Positions 11,786 to 22,314 of a stretch of 51,013 bases of DNA are shown here, piece after piece. How positions within the stretch are numbered: the stretch's first letter is position 1; every line of letters begins with the position of its first letter. The notes beneath the pieces are model-generated. The model was given only the letters and a program-made list of their open reading frames with translations, was not told the DNA's origin and searched no databases. The position numbers were made by a program, and so were the translations under genes. The stretch is taken from NCBI RefSeq assembly GCF_000281045.1, contig NW_008246192.1:1-51013 (forward strand), in the 5' to 3' direction. This stretch comes from Saprolegnia diclina VS20. Taxonomy: Eukaryota.

Positions 11786-14700
11786 TTAAAACATGAGCAG
11801 CGGCTCGTCGTTGAGCGCGCCGCCGCCGTCGGCCGCCTTCTTGGAGCTCTTCTTGGAGCTCTTCTTGGGCTTGTCTTCCTTGGGCTCCTTCCCGGTCTTC
11901 TTGCTCTTCTTGGGCTTCTTGACCTCTTCCTCGATAGCAACCTCAACCTCCTTGGCCTTCTTCGACTTCTTCGGCTTCTTCGGCTCCGCGTCCTTGGCCT
12001 TCTTCTTCTTCTTCTAACGCGAATGTCAACCCCAAGATCCGTCGAGTGGATCCAACCTTCTTGCCGTCGTCGTCGTTCATGCTCGGTGCGCGGTCAAGGA
12101 CCTGGCGGTGCTGCCAGTGCGAGTCCGGAATGCGCTCGTCGTCCCGCAGCGGCATGGTGAGGTCGACCTCGGCCAAGTCGACGTCCTTGGACGACCGCCG
12201 CTTGCCGTGGCGGCCACGCCGACCGCTCTCGTCTTCGCTCGAGTCGCCTCCGTCCGGCTACACAACCATAGGTATTCTCCTCAGACGCGTCGTGTGCGTA
12301 CCATGACGTCGTCGAGGACGATCGCACGCTGCTTCTTGGGCGCCTTGGGCTTCTTCTTGCCCTTGGATTTCTTGTTGTCGAGCGCCGAGAGGATGTTGCC
12401 AAACATCTAGTCGGAACGTCATCGGATGTACTAACTAAATGCGAATACGTCGTCCGTGGGCGCAGCGCTGTGGGTCGGCTTGATGTAGAACGGGTCTTGG
12501 CGCAGTCGCTCCTGCTCCATCGCGTACTGCTTCTCGAGCGCCGCCTTGGCGTCGTCGCCGTCCGTCTCCTCGTCGCTCGACGAGGTGGCGCCGAGGTTGA
12601 CGTACCCCGTGTCCGCCTCCTTGGCATGCGCCGAGTGCACGAACGACACCTCCTACACAGAGCGTGTCACGCCTTCACCTTGCTATCTGCAACAACGTAC
12701 GTCGTCGGTCGTGCTGCCGTCGGCGTCACCGGCCGCAAGGAACGCGGCTTCGTCCTTGGCGAAGGGCGTGTCGAGGTCGAGCCCCGGCGGCAGCGGCACC
12801 TTGCGCTGGGCCTTGGCGCCCACTGGTGCGAGCGGCTCGTTGAAGAAGCCGTTGAGGACGCTGAGACGGCCGTCGGACGTCGATATCATGGCGCCGCCAA
12901 AGACGCGGTTGGCGCGGTCCTCGGGCGAGAGTGCGTCGAGGCCGAGGCCGAGGCCCAAGACCACGTGCTCGAGCGTGCATGCGCGCTCCTGGACTTCAAT
13001 GTGCTCGCTCTGGACAAAGGCGGGGAGGCGTTCGAGGATCATCTTGGCCACGAGCTCGACGGTCGCGTCGTCGGCCTTCTCGGCGGCCGCCATGAGCAGC
13101 TTGAGGAGGTTGTGCATGTACACGGCCTGGACGTTGGCGGGCAGCGACGTCGTCGACGGCTGCAGCATGACATCGACGACGTCGACCATCTTTTCGAGGC
13201 GCGCCTCTTCGCCGTCGCTGTCGTCGTCGCTCTCTTCGTCGCTCTCGTCGCTCTCGTCGTTCTCAATGAACTCCAAAATGTACTCGCCGACGATCCAGCC
13301 AGCCGCGTAGAGCACCTGCGCGGTCGTGGCCGCGCCAGCGTCCTGGAGCGCCGCCTTGTCGAGCACAAGCGCCATCATGTACTTGACGAGGACGCTGCGG
13401 ATGCCCTTGACGCGCACGGCGATGTCCATGAGCTGGCGCGTGATCTCGGCGCCGTGCACGGACGAGGCCTCCTTGCCCGGGAGCTTGCTCAGCTGGCAGA
13501 GGATCCGGATGTACCACTCGAAATCCTGCACGTTGTGGTACTTGTTGAGCGAGCACACGTGCAGGATCTTGACGATGAGCTCCTGTCGGTACACGCCGTC
13601 CGACACCATCGTGTGGCGCATGAGCTCCTGGATGATGGCCGGCGCGTTCTCGGGCGAGACCATGCCCGCGAGGAGCTCGAGCGACCGGAGGCGGATCGTC
13701 GTGTCTTCGACGCTGAGGCACTCGAGGATGAGCTGCTGGTGCTCGCTGATGACGTGCGGGTGGCTCTGCATGAGGTTGCTCAGGCCTACGAGGCCAAGGT
13801 ACCGCAGGTTCTGGTCCGGGTCTTCAATGTAGCGGCGCAGATGGTCGTTGCAGAGCTTGACGATCGCCGGCACGTTGCGGGGCTGGGACCCGTCGCTCTT
13901 CTGCGTGTACAGGAGCGCGGTCGTGACCGTCGAGATGCACTCGTACAGGAGCGACTTGGCCGGCGTGTTTTGGATGATGGTCGCGAGCGGGTCCAAGAGC
14001 TTGCGCGCGAGGCGGGGCTCCTCAGGCACGAGTGACGACATGAGCTTGACGACCTACAGACGTGCAACATGAGCATGATGGATACGGTGTCCAAGACGAG
14101 GGGTACCTTGATGAGCATCCAGTTGTTGGACGACGTCGTGAGGAGGCGAAAGAACTGCGGCGCGAGACCGACGTAGTTCTTGGGCTTCTTGTTGGCGAGC
14201 TCGCAAATGACGTTGACGGAGCAGCTCACGACGCCCACGTCGGGCTCTTCCATGCGCTCCTTGAGCCGGTCAAAGCTAAGGCGCAGGCCCTGCGGGTAGC
14301 GGAGGAAGAGCTTGTAGAGGATGAGCGTCGCCTTCTTGCGCACGTACGGCTTGTGGCTGTTCATGAGCGCGAGGATATCGCCGAGGAGGTCGCGCGCGAG
14401 GTCGGTCGTGCAAATGTTGGCCATCGCGTTGAGCGCGAGGCCGACCTCAAACTCGTTCACAGAGCCAAACTCCTTCTTGAAGAGGTTCGTGCAGAGCAAG
14501 ACGACGTCCGTGGCCTGCGTGAAGGACTGGCCCGCGGCGAGGTACCCGATGCGCTTGTGGGCGAAGCGCTCGTAGCTCATGACCTCGACCACGTGGAAGG
14601 CCGCCCAGCCCATGTCGTAGCCCTGCATGTTGAGGTAGGTGAGCTTGCGGATGGCCTGGGCCTTGATGAAGGGGTCGTTGGCCTTGAGCTCGTTCTTGAT

Positions 14701-14790
14701 CTCCTGCATGCACTGCGAGATGTACACGGAGACATCGCCCTTGCACGACCGGATCCCCTTGACGAGGTCCGCCAGCGTCTTCTCAAACAT
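11786..14790 (-). CDS. AP3D1: AP-3 adaptor complex delta subunit (spliced)
   Basis: MFEKTLADLVKGIR...KLTYLNMQGYDMGWAAFHVVEVMS...SSNNWMLIK...AKSLLYECI...ELAPVG-type 'EPLAPVGAKAQRKVPLPPGLDLD', and ERLRQDPFYI. Lys-rich tail ending DEPLLMF*. Several short introns. Confidence 0.95.
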
Positions 14791-14997
14791 CGGCGATCGA
14801 AAAATACGATTAAAAAATACGAAGATTTCGCCGCGTTATCCGGACGCTTCCGCCGGCCAGACCGCAGTTCAACCGAGGTATACAAAGTTCAAGAGAGGAC
14901 TCGTATCCGGATCGCATGCGCTGAGGTGGCATACGTGGCAGCGCACGGAGCGAGGATCGTTTCAGCGCCATCGCCAGTTTTAGATCACACGAGTCGA

Positions 14998-15201
14998 ATG
15001 CTCGCCACCAACTGGACACCGACGACGACGACGACGGGCCGGAAGCGCACGAGTCAATTCGTCATGGCGGCGCCGGCCAAGAAGACCCGACTGGAGGCGG
15101 CGCCGCAGGTCAGCACCGACACTCGGCCGCCCGCGCTTCCGTCGGTGGTCGCGCACCCTGCGCCAATGACCCACGACTGGTACGCCTTTCCGTATGGCTA
15201 A
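14998..15201 (+). CDS. Putative 67-aa microprotein with a bipartite NLS-like motif
   Basis: MLATNWTPTTTTTGRKRTSQFVMAAPAKKTRLEAAP...DWYAFPYG*. GC3-biased codons; divergent from AP3D1. Confidence 0.45.
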   Translation: MLATNWTPTTTTTGRKRTSQFVMAAPAKKTRLEAAPQVSTDTRPPALPSVVAHPAPMTHDWYAFPYG

Positions 15202-15621
15202 TCTAGCTATACGATCTTATCGTCCCTTCCTCGACTCGCGTGTTCTGCAATCTTGATGCTCGTGGCGCGCGCGAGTGAAGGTGCGTCGTCGGTACCACGT
15301 TGGGAGCGTCGCGATAGCATCGACCTTTACGGCGTCGCAGCACTTGTACCGGGCGCGGCCATTCGACATGGCAGCGTGCACAGGCAGCCATCTTCCATGC
15401 GAGATCGCAGGTCGGATGCCTAGGATCCGGCCGACTACGGCGGTGGCGTGCGATTATCCCAAATCGGCGACAATGTGATTGGCTAAAAAGGCGAGGTTTT
15501 GGCGAATGAGCGTGCATCTCTTGTTGATTGGCCAGAGCGATTTGGAGCGGATAGTTGGTGGAGGCTGCGACGCTCAGAAGACGTTGTCCGGGCTAATAAC
15601 TTTTGAATCTCCTTAAACAAG

Positions 15622-15688
15622 GTACGCCCATGAGCCCATGCGCCCATGCGCCCATGCTGCCATGATGCTCATGCTGCTGCTGCTGTAG
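15622..15688 (+). other. 5'-UTR intron of RPLP2 ending immediately before the ATG
   Basis: CAAG|GTACGC...CTGTAG|ATG, 67 nt, containing several ATGs in CCCATG repeats. Confidence 0.7.
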
Positions 15689-16030
15689 ATGCGTCACGTT
15701 GCTGCTTTCCTTTTGGCTGTCCTCGGTGGTAACACCACGCCGTCCGTCGCTGACGTCTCGGCCATCATCACGGCCGTCGGCGGTGAAGTCGACACGGAGC
15801 GCCTTGAGACCTTGATCAAGGAGCTCGAGGGCAAGGACATCTACGAAGTCATTGCCGAAGGCCAGAAGAAGCTCGCGACCGTCTCGGTCGGTGCCTCGTC
15901 GGGCGCTGCCCCGGCCGCTGGTGCCGCCGCTGGCGCCGCCGCCCCCAAGGAGGAGGCCAAGAAGGAAGAGGAAGAGGAAGCCGACCTTGGCGGTGGCATG
16001 GACATGTTCGGCGGTGGCTCGGACTATTAA
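15689..16030 (+). CDS. RPLP2: 60S acidic ribosomal protein P2
   Basis: MRHVAAFLLAVLGGNTTPS...LEGKDIYEVIAEGQKKLA, Ala-rich hinge and acidic tail. Confidence 0.95.
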   Translation: MRHVAAFLLAVLGGNTTPSVADVSAIITAVGGEVDTERLETLIKELEGKDIYEVIAEGQKKLATVSVGASSGAAPAAGAAAGAAAPKEEAKKEEEEEADLGGGMDMFGGGSDY

Positions 16031-16475
16031 GCGTCTCGCCATCGTGGCTCGATCCCCGTAATAGTAACACGAACGCCGTCTCGCCGCAGTGCTGTGACGA
16101 CATCCTGACTTTCATTCTCGGCCTTTTCTGTCTCGTCGGCGACTCGTGCAGAGGCAGAATAAGCGAGAGCGACTCTCGCCTCCTTGCACGCAGGGCGCCA
16201 CCAGCGCTGCTGTCAAATGGCCTTGATGAGTATACCGCAGCGACCACACTACCTGCATGCAAGACAAGCGCCGGCTTGGCGTCTGATGCGAGGGCCTGAT
16301 GGGCAACCGCCGCAATCGCTGCGATCAGGCCGTGCGATCAGCTCCGATCACAAAGCAGCTGCCGGATTGTGGTCGTCGATGCAGCCGCGCGAGAGGGTGG
16401 GTCCCTCAAAACGCGCCTGTCTAACTAGACCCCACTCCAAAACGAGGTCGACTCACTTTGCTTTTCGCCACCAGC

Positions 16476-17480
16476 ATGGGCCTCTGTGGTAGCAAGCTCG
16501 ACGACGAGACGCCGGCGCGTCAGACCAAGCAGCGCCGCGAGACGTTTGCGATGGGCCTCATCACGGACCTCGACACGGCCAGCAAGGAGGTCAAGGTTGA
16601 CGGCACGCTCGACTGGCGGGCCCTCTTCCAGCGCGCGCTCCTCGTGCGCGACGCCGACGGCCGCTACAGCGTCGAGTGGCACGACGCCGTGACGATCACG
16701 ACGGACATCAACGAAGAGGGCCGCGGCTTCGAGCTCAGCGAGCTCGCGTGGTTCCAAGGCCGGCTCCTCACGTTCGACGACCGCACGGGCATGGTCTTTG
16801 AGCTGACCAACTTTGAGTTTCACGCGACCGGTCCGCTGCAGGCGACGCCGCTTATGGCCATCAAGGCGGGCGACGGAAGTGTCGAGAAGGGCGCCAAGAA
16901 CGAGTGGGCGACGGTCAAAGGCGACGTGCTGTACGTCGGCAGCCACGGCGTCAACTGGGCGCCCGGTGGCGTCATCGAAAACGACTACCACCGCTGGGTC
17001 GCGCAGCTGTCGTCGCTCGACGCTCCTCGCATCGACCATGTCAACTGGTCGGCCCGCTTCGATGCGGTGCAGACTGCGCTCGGTGCGTCGGGCTACGTCA
17101 TCCACGAAGCCGTCGAGTGGAGCGAGCAGCTGCAAAAGTGGGTCCTGCTGCCGCGGCGCGTCTCGGACGAAGCGTTCAGCGACGAGGTCGACGCAGTTAA
17201 GGGCAGTAACAAGCTCGTGCTCGCCTCCGAGGACTTTGACGACATCGAAGTGCGCAATGTCGGCGCCGTCGTGCCCGAGCGCGGGTACGCGAGCTTCAAG
17301 TTCGTGCCGGGCACGAACGACCGCGTGATCGCGGCGCTCAAGAGCGTTGAGGACAACGTGGCGGGGATGCAAACCACGTTTCTCTCGGTGCTTGATGTTG
17401 CGACGGGCAGCGTGCTCTTGCCCGACACCGAAGTCCCGGGCGGCTATAAGTTTGAAGGCCTCGTCTTCCTGCAGCCTTAA
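16476..17480 (+). CDS. Calcium-activated nucleotidase/apyrase (CANT1 family) with an N-terminal acylation motif
   Basis: ITDLD, GRGFELSEL, FDDRTG, KNEWATVK, YVIHEA, LPRRVS, RGYASFKFVPGT, KFEGL. Starts MGLCGSK. Confidence 0.9.
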   Translation: MGLCGSKLDDETPARQTKQRRETFAMGLITDLDTASKEVKVDGTLDWRALFQRALLVRDADGRYSVEWHDAVTITTDINEEGRGFELSELAWFQGRLLTFDDRTGMVFELTNFEFHATGPLQATPLMAIKAGDGSVEKGAKNEWATVKGDVLYVGSHGVNWAPGGVIENDYHRWVAQLSSLDAPRIDHVNWSARFDAVQTALGASGYVIHEAVEWSEQLQKWVLLPRRVSDEAFSDEVDAVKGSNKLVLASEDFDDIEVRNVGAVVPERGYASFKFVPGTNDRVIAALKSVEDNVAGMQTTFLSVLDVATGSVLLPDTEVPGGYKFEGLVFLQP

Positions 17481-17506
17481 TCTTATAATTCTATACACTG
17501 TGGTTT

Positions 17507-19086
17507 CTACTGCAGCTTTTTACCAATGCCAAACACCTTGAAGCCAATGGCTCGCAGCAGCGCGTGGTCGAGCAGGTTGCGGCCGTCAAAGACAAACGCA
17601 GGCTTGAGCATGTTGTGGTAGATCGACTCGAACGGCAGCTGCGTAAACTCGGTCCACTCGGTCAAGACCGCAATCGCGTGCGCCTGCGCCGTAGCCTCAA
17701 ACGGCGTCGACACGATCTGGATGCTTGCAATGTCGCTCTAGCCCGAAATGTATCAATGTGTCAAGATAATAGAGAGATACCTCGGCCATGCCTTGGTAGC
17801 GCAGCTCGTGGAGCATGTCGTCGCGCTCGACCTTGGGGTCGTAGACAAAGAGCTGCGCGCGCTCGGCGACGAGCGCCTTGATGACGGCGGCGGCGGCCGT
17901 CTCGCGCGTGTCGCCCGTGTCCTTCTTGTAGGCAAACCCGAGGATCGCAATCTTCTTGTTCGAGACCGAGTGGAAGAGCTGCGACACGATGAGCTTGGAG
18001 AACCGGTTCTTCTGAAATTCGTTCATGTCGACGACGCTGCGCCAGTAGGCCGCGACCTCGGGGAGGTGGCAGCTCTCGGCCAAGTACACGAGGTTCAAAA
18101 TGTCCTTTTGAAAGCACGAGCCGCCAAAGCCCACTGACACTTGGAGAAACCTGTCGCCAATGCGCGGGTCCGTCCCGACGGCCCGTGCGACCTCCGTCAC
18201 GTCGGCGCCTGCGATATCAGATTGAACCAGTCGAAATCGAGCGCTGCTACTACCGGTGGCTTCGCAGAGCGCCGAGATCGAATTCATGCTCGAGATGCGC
18301 TGCGCCAAGAACGCGTTCGCAACGAGCTTCGAGAGCTCCGACGACCACACGTTGGTTGTCAGGATCTTGTCTGTGCAAAATCTCAGCACTGTAGCGAAGC
18401 GCAAGAAGAACGTACCGCGGGCCACCCAGTGCTCGTAGATGCTGACGAGCGTCGCGACCGCTTGTTGCCCTGACGGCGTACTCTCGCCGCCAATGAGAAT
18501 GCGCGAGGGTGCCATGAGGTCGCGGATCGCCGTGCCTTCCGAGAGAAACTCGGGGTTCGAGAGCACTTCAAACTGGACCGAGCTACTACGATCGAGTGCA
18601 TGAGCCTCCTGCAGCGTAAACGAGGGCCCACGAGCTGTTGGCGTCAAAGACAGCGTTGAGCACCTCGGCCGTGTGCACAGGCACTGTCGACTTTTCGACC
18701 ACGATCTTGTCGGTCGTCGCGCTCTGGGCGATCATGCGCGCGCAGGCCTCGACGTGCTTGGTGTCGGCGGCCGCGCCCGCGCCAAAGCCCGAAGCCTTTG
18801 TCGGCGTGTTGACACACACAAAGATGAGGTCGGCCTCCTTGATGTGGCGGTCAATGTCGGTCGAGAAGAAGAGGTTCTTGCCGCGGCTGCCCGTGACGGC
18901 CTCGAGAAGCCCGGGCTCGTAGATGGGCAGGTCGTCGGTCGAGTTCCAGCGCGCGATCTGCTTGGCGCTGACGTCGACGACGACGACGCGGATGGTCGGG
19001 CAAAACTTGGCGATGACGGCCATCGTCGGGCCGCCGACGTACCCTGCGCCCATGCAGCAGACGCGCAGCGTGTAGTCGCCGTCCAT
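17507..19086 (-). CDS. UGDH: UDP-glucose 6-dehydrogenase (spliced)
   Basis: [71 protein letters not shown]. Confidence 0.97.
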
Positions 19087-19612
19087 GGCTCCGAAATTGC
19101 AACTGTCGCAGAATTTCATTGGCAGCTTTTCGTTGGCTTTTGACCAATCATGTGGTGGCACCCGGGATCACCGCCCCATTTGCAGCGTCGAGGACGGCGC
19201 ATGCGCCTCGTTCATTCGCATAGCGGCTTCAATGTACTGCACAGGAGCGCATTGTAGATCTGATAATTCGTAGGCGGTTTGCAGGGCTATTTTGTACCGG
19301 AGCCTTAGCGGTACTAAGATATAAGTACTGTACTGCTTTGCGTAGCTACTTTCACTTCAACTTGGCGGAAGCCATTTGACAAACCCTCCATCAAAGCGTC
19401 GATCACAATAACGTATAATGCAGACTATAAGCTGATAAGATCTTGTGCGGTGCAGTCGGTGCCACTTGGAGCGCCATTTTTCGAAACACAAAATATCGAA
19501 CCACCAATCAAATGCAGGCTTGTCGGCCGCAACGATTGGTTAAAATGTTGGTTTTTGCACCAATGGGCATCGCGCGTTGGAAGGGAGACCACATACGAAG
19601 CGGACGGACAAG

Positions 19613-19888
19613 ATGGCATCGAAGCGCGACCCAATTCTGGACTTGGCCAAGTTCATCGACCAGAGCGTGCGCATCAAGTTCGCCGGCGGCCGCGAAGTCA
19701 CGGGCGTCCTCAAGGGCTACGACCAGCTCGTGAACCTCGTGCTCGACGAGGCCGTCGAGTACTTCGAGACGCCCGGCGAGACGCGCAACCTCGGGCTCCT
19801 CGTCTGCCGAGGGACGTCGGTCATGCTCATCTCGCCCGTCGATGGCACGCAAGAGCTCTACTCGAACCCGTTCCTGCCCGAAGAGTAA
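19613..19888 (+). CDS. LSM7: U6 snRNA-associated Sm-like protein LSm7
   Basis: ILDLAKFIDQSVRIKFAGGREVTGVLKGYDQLVNLVLDE...LGLLVCRGTSVMLISP...NPF. Confidence 0.95.
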   Translation: MASKRDPILDLAKFIDQSVRIKFAGGREVTGVLKGYDQLVNLVLDEAVEYFETPGETRNLGLLVCRGTSVMLISPVDGTQELYSNPFLPEE

Positions 19889-20059
19889 TTGTGCATGCGA
19901 ACGACGCCCACGAATCCACGCCCGCCCTACATGTGCGCTGCCCAGAAAAACCACAGCCTAAATAGAACACGACGTGTATTGAGCTTGAGCTACACCTGGG
20001 CGACGATGATGGCTTAGCGTGGATAGCAACGGCGTGGCTACGGGGACGAGGCCGAGGGT

Positions 20060-20538
20060 CTAGTAGCGGTACTTGGTCGAGTAGTCCTTGGGCGAGATGA
20101 CGAGACCGCGGCCCTTGCGCGCGCCGCGGTAGACAGTCTCGATGATGTCGATCATTTCGCCCTTGTTGTTGAAGGCCCAGTTGATCTTGTTGTTGTTGCC
20201 CGTGCCGAGATCGATCATGATGTGCTTGTTGCGGTAAAAGAACATGACGGTGCACGGGTCGTAGAGCTCGTACATCGTGTTAAAGTCGGGCACCTCCGTG
20301 ATGTCCACCTAATGCCACGCATCATGAGCCCACATGCGAGCGATGGATGGTGACGTACGACGTAGATGATGGCAAAGTTCTTGACGTCCTCGGCAATGCC
20401 GGCAAGCACTTGGTCCATCTGCATACACACAGGATCATGGTCATGCCCAAATCGCATGACGACGACGCGGTCACCTTCGGTCATGATGGCCTGATCGACG
20501 GCCCAGCCCGAACAGAGGTGAGGAAGCATGTACGACAT
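20060..20538 (-). CDS. DIM1: U5 snRNP thioredoxin-like protein Dim1/TXNL4A
   Basis: MSYMLPHL...YV|VDITEVPDFNTMYELYDP...SPKDYSTKYRY. Intron at 20309-20358 gives 142 aa. Confidence 0.97.
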
Positions 20539-20717
20539 GGTGGCCGAGAGGAGGAGGACGAGGCAACGGACGGAGCGGGTTTGAAAATGCGAGCGCCGGA
20601 TACGCAACCGAAAAAAGCTAAAATCACCCAACTGTCCTTTCCAGAATTTCCGGTCGCTGCGGCCTCGGGATGCCACGTCGTGGCTCAGTTCTTCGTATTC
20701 AGCGCTATAAGCTGCAA

Positions 20718-22053
20718 CTAGGCAACACGGCGGATCGCACGCAACTTGGCACTGCGACTGCGGGCGTTGGCTTCGATCTCGGCGTCGGTCGCCTGCACCG
20801 CTCTCTTTTGTACGACCTCAAACCGCTACGTCATTACGTTGGGTCTATCCTCTTGGCAGCACGTACCTTGTGGGGCCAGCGCTCCTCCATGTCGTCGTCG
20901 TCCATCGCGACGGCGTCCCGGAAGTAGCGCTTGATCCACCGATCTTCGAGCGAGTGAAAGGCGATGGCAGCTATTGCGCTGTCTCGCAAGATGCATACCG
21001 TTCGAGCCTACCTAGCTGGCCGCGCGGCGCGAGGCAGTCCATCATGGCGGGAATTCCTTTCTGGTCGCCAAAGTTTTATGCCTGTCCTTGGTGCAAGGGG
21101 ACGTACCTCGACGTGATCGAGCTCTTGGTTGACAGCAATGCGCAGCGCCTAAGCAAGCTTAGCGTGAACCTCTGTTGATCATGTATGTACTTGGAAGAGG
21201 CGCGTCGCAGGGTGGACAAATTGCTTCTTGGCCTTGGCCTTGCCAGACTTGGGCTTCCACTTGTCTGCAATGGCCTCGATGCAGCGCTTCAAGCCCTCCG
21301 TGCGCTGAAACGGCTCGGTCTCGCGCCGCCGGATGATCGCCTTGGCGTACTCTTTGGCCAGCGGGTCTTCCCCGTACGTTTTAAACATCTAGTGGCGCCT
21401 TGACCCAAGTGGCTCCCCGTGCGACGTACTTTGGTGAGCTCGACTTCGGAAAGGGTGTTGACGAGAACGGACGCGGGCGCAAGGTCAGTGTTGGACTGGT
21501 CGAAGCGCATGTCCAGCGGACCGTCGTGGTAGATGCTAAAGCCTCTGTCGCCCGAGTCCAGGTGGTGACTACATAGCTGCGTGAGCGCTGGAGCCTATAT
21601 TACCTCCGCACCTGTTGACACCGAGATCAACGAGCACGCCATCCACTTCAGCCGGCAAACCTAGACAACTATTAGGAGCACCGACGCGTCATGACGAGCG
21701 TCATGTACCGGCAGAGTGCAGGTGCGAAGCAATGTCCAAGTACGAGCCTTGGGCAAAGCGCACGCGGGCGCCAAACGAAGCGAGGCGCTCTTGTGCCATG
21801 TGCAGAATCTACGCGCCAGCGTGTCTTGCGCCTGTCAGGAGTCGGCAAAGTCGACCTGCGGGTCCCGGTCGATGCAGAGCAGTTGCGCCTGCGGGTGGGC
21901 TTCAAGCAAGAGCCGCGAGTGGCCGCCGAGGCCGGCGGTTCCGTCGACAAAGACAGCAGGCGACGTCCGAGCGTGCGCCGGCACCCAGAAGGCGAGCGTC
22001 TCCGCCGGCAGCACGGGCACGTGGTGGAAGGATCGCCGGGCGACTGCCAGCAT
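20718..22053 (-). CDS. RsmH/MraW (METTL15-type) SSU rRNA m4C methyltransferase, probably mitochondrial (spliced)
   Basis: HVPVL, FVDGTAGLGGHS, spliced VLVDLGVNSHHLD...RGFS...GPLDMRFD, HPATRLFQ|ALRIAVNQEL, and NARSRSAKLRA. Short basic N-terminus MLAVARRSF. Confidence 0.92.
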
Positions 22054-22314
22054 CTTTTGTGGGATTGGTTTGGACCAATCAGTACGACCGTTTGCTATGG
22101 CTAGGCACACGCAACATTTCGCACCACCTCGCCGCCCGCCGGTGGTCACAGCAGGACGGTATGCACACGGCGTCGTCCATCACGCTGGCGACCTTGCTTG
22201 TTTAAAGGTCGAACATCCTATGTATAGCTCTGTCTCACCGCTCTGTCCTACGCGCGATGGTCAATTCACCGTCTGTGGACTGTGGGTGGGTGTTTTTAGC
22301 ACGCGCAATTGGAA

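Noticed and set aside
12470..15201. Long + strand ORFs of 521 aa and 379 aa
   Set aside because: Antisense shadows of the GC3-rich AP3D1 CDS. Only the last 67 codons (14998-15201) look independently coding.
22054..22314. Fluoride riboswitch upstream of the Fluc-domain gene
   Set aside because: No recognisable crcB-motif consensus; the gene is a spliced eukaryotic FEX.
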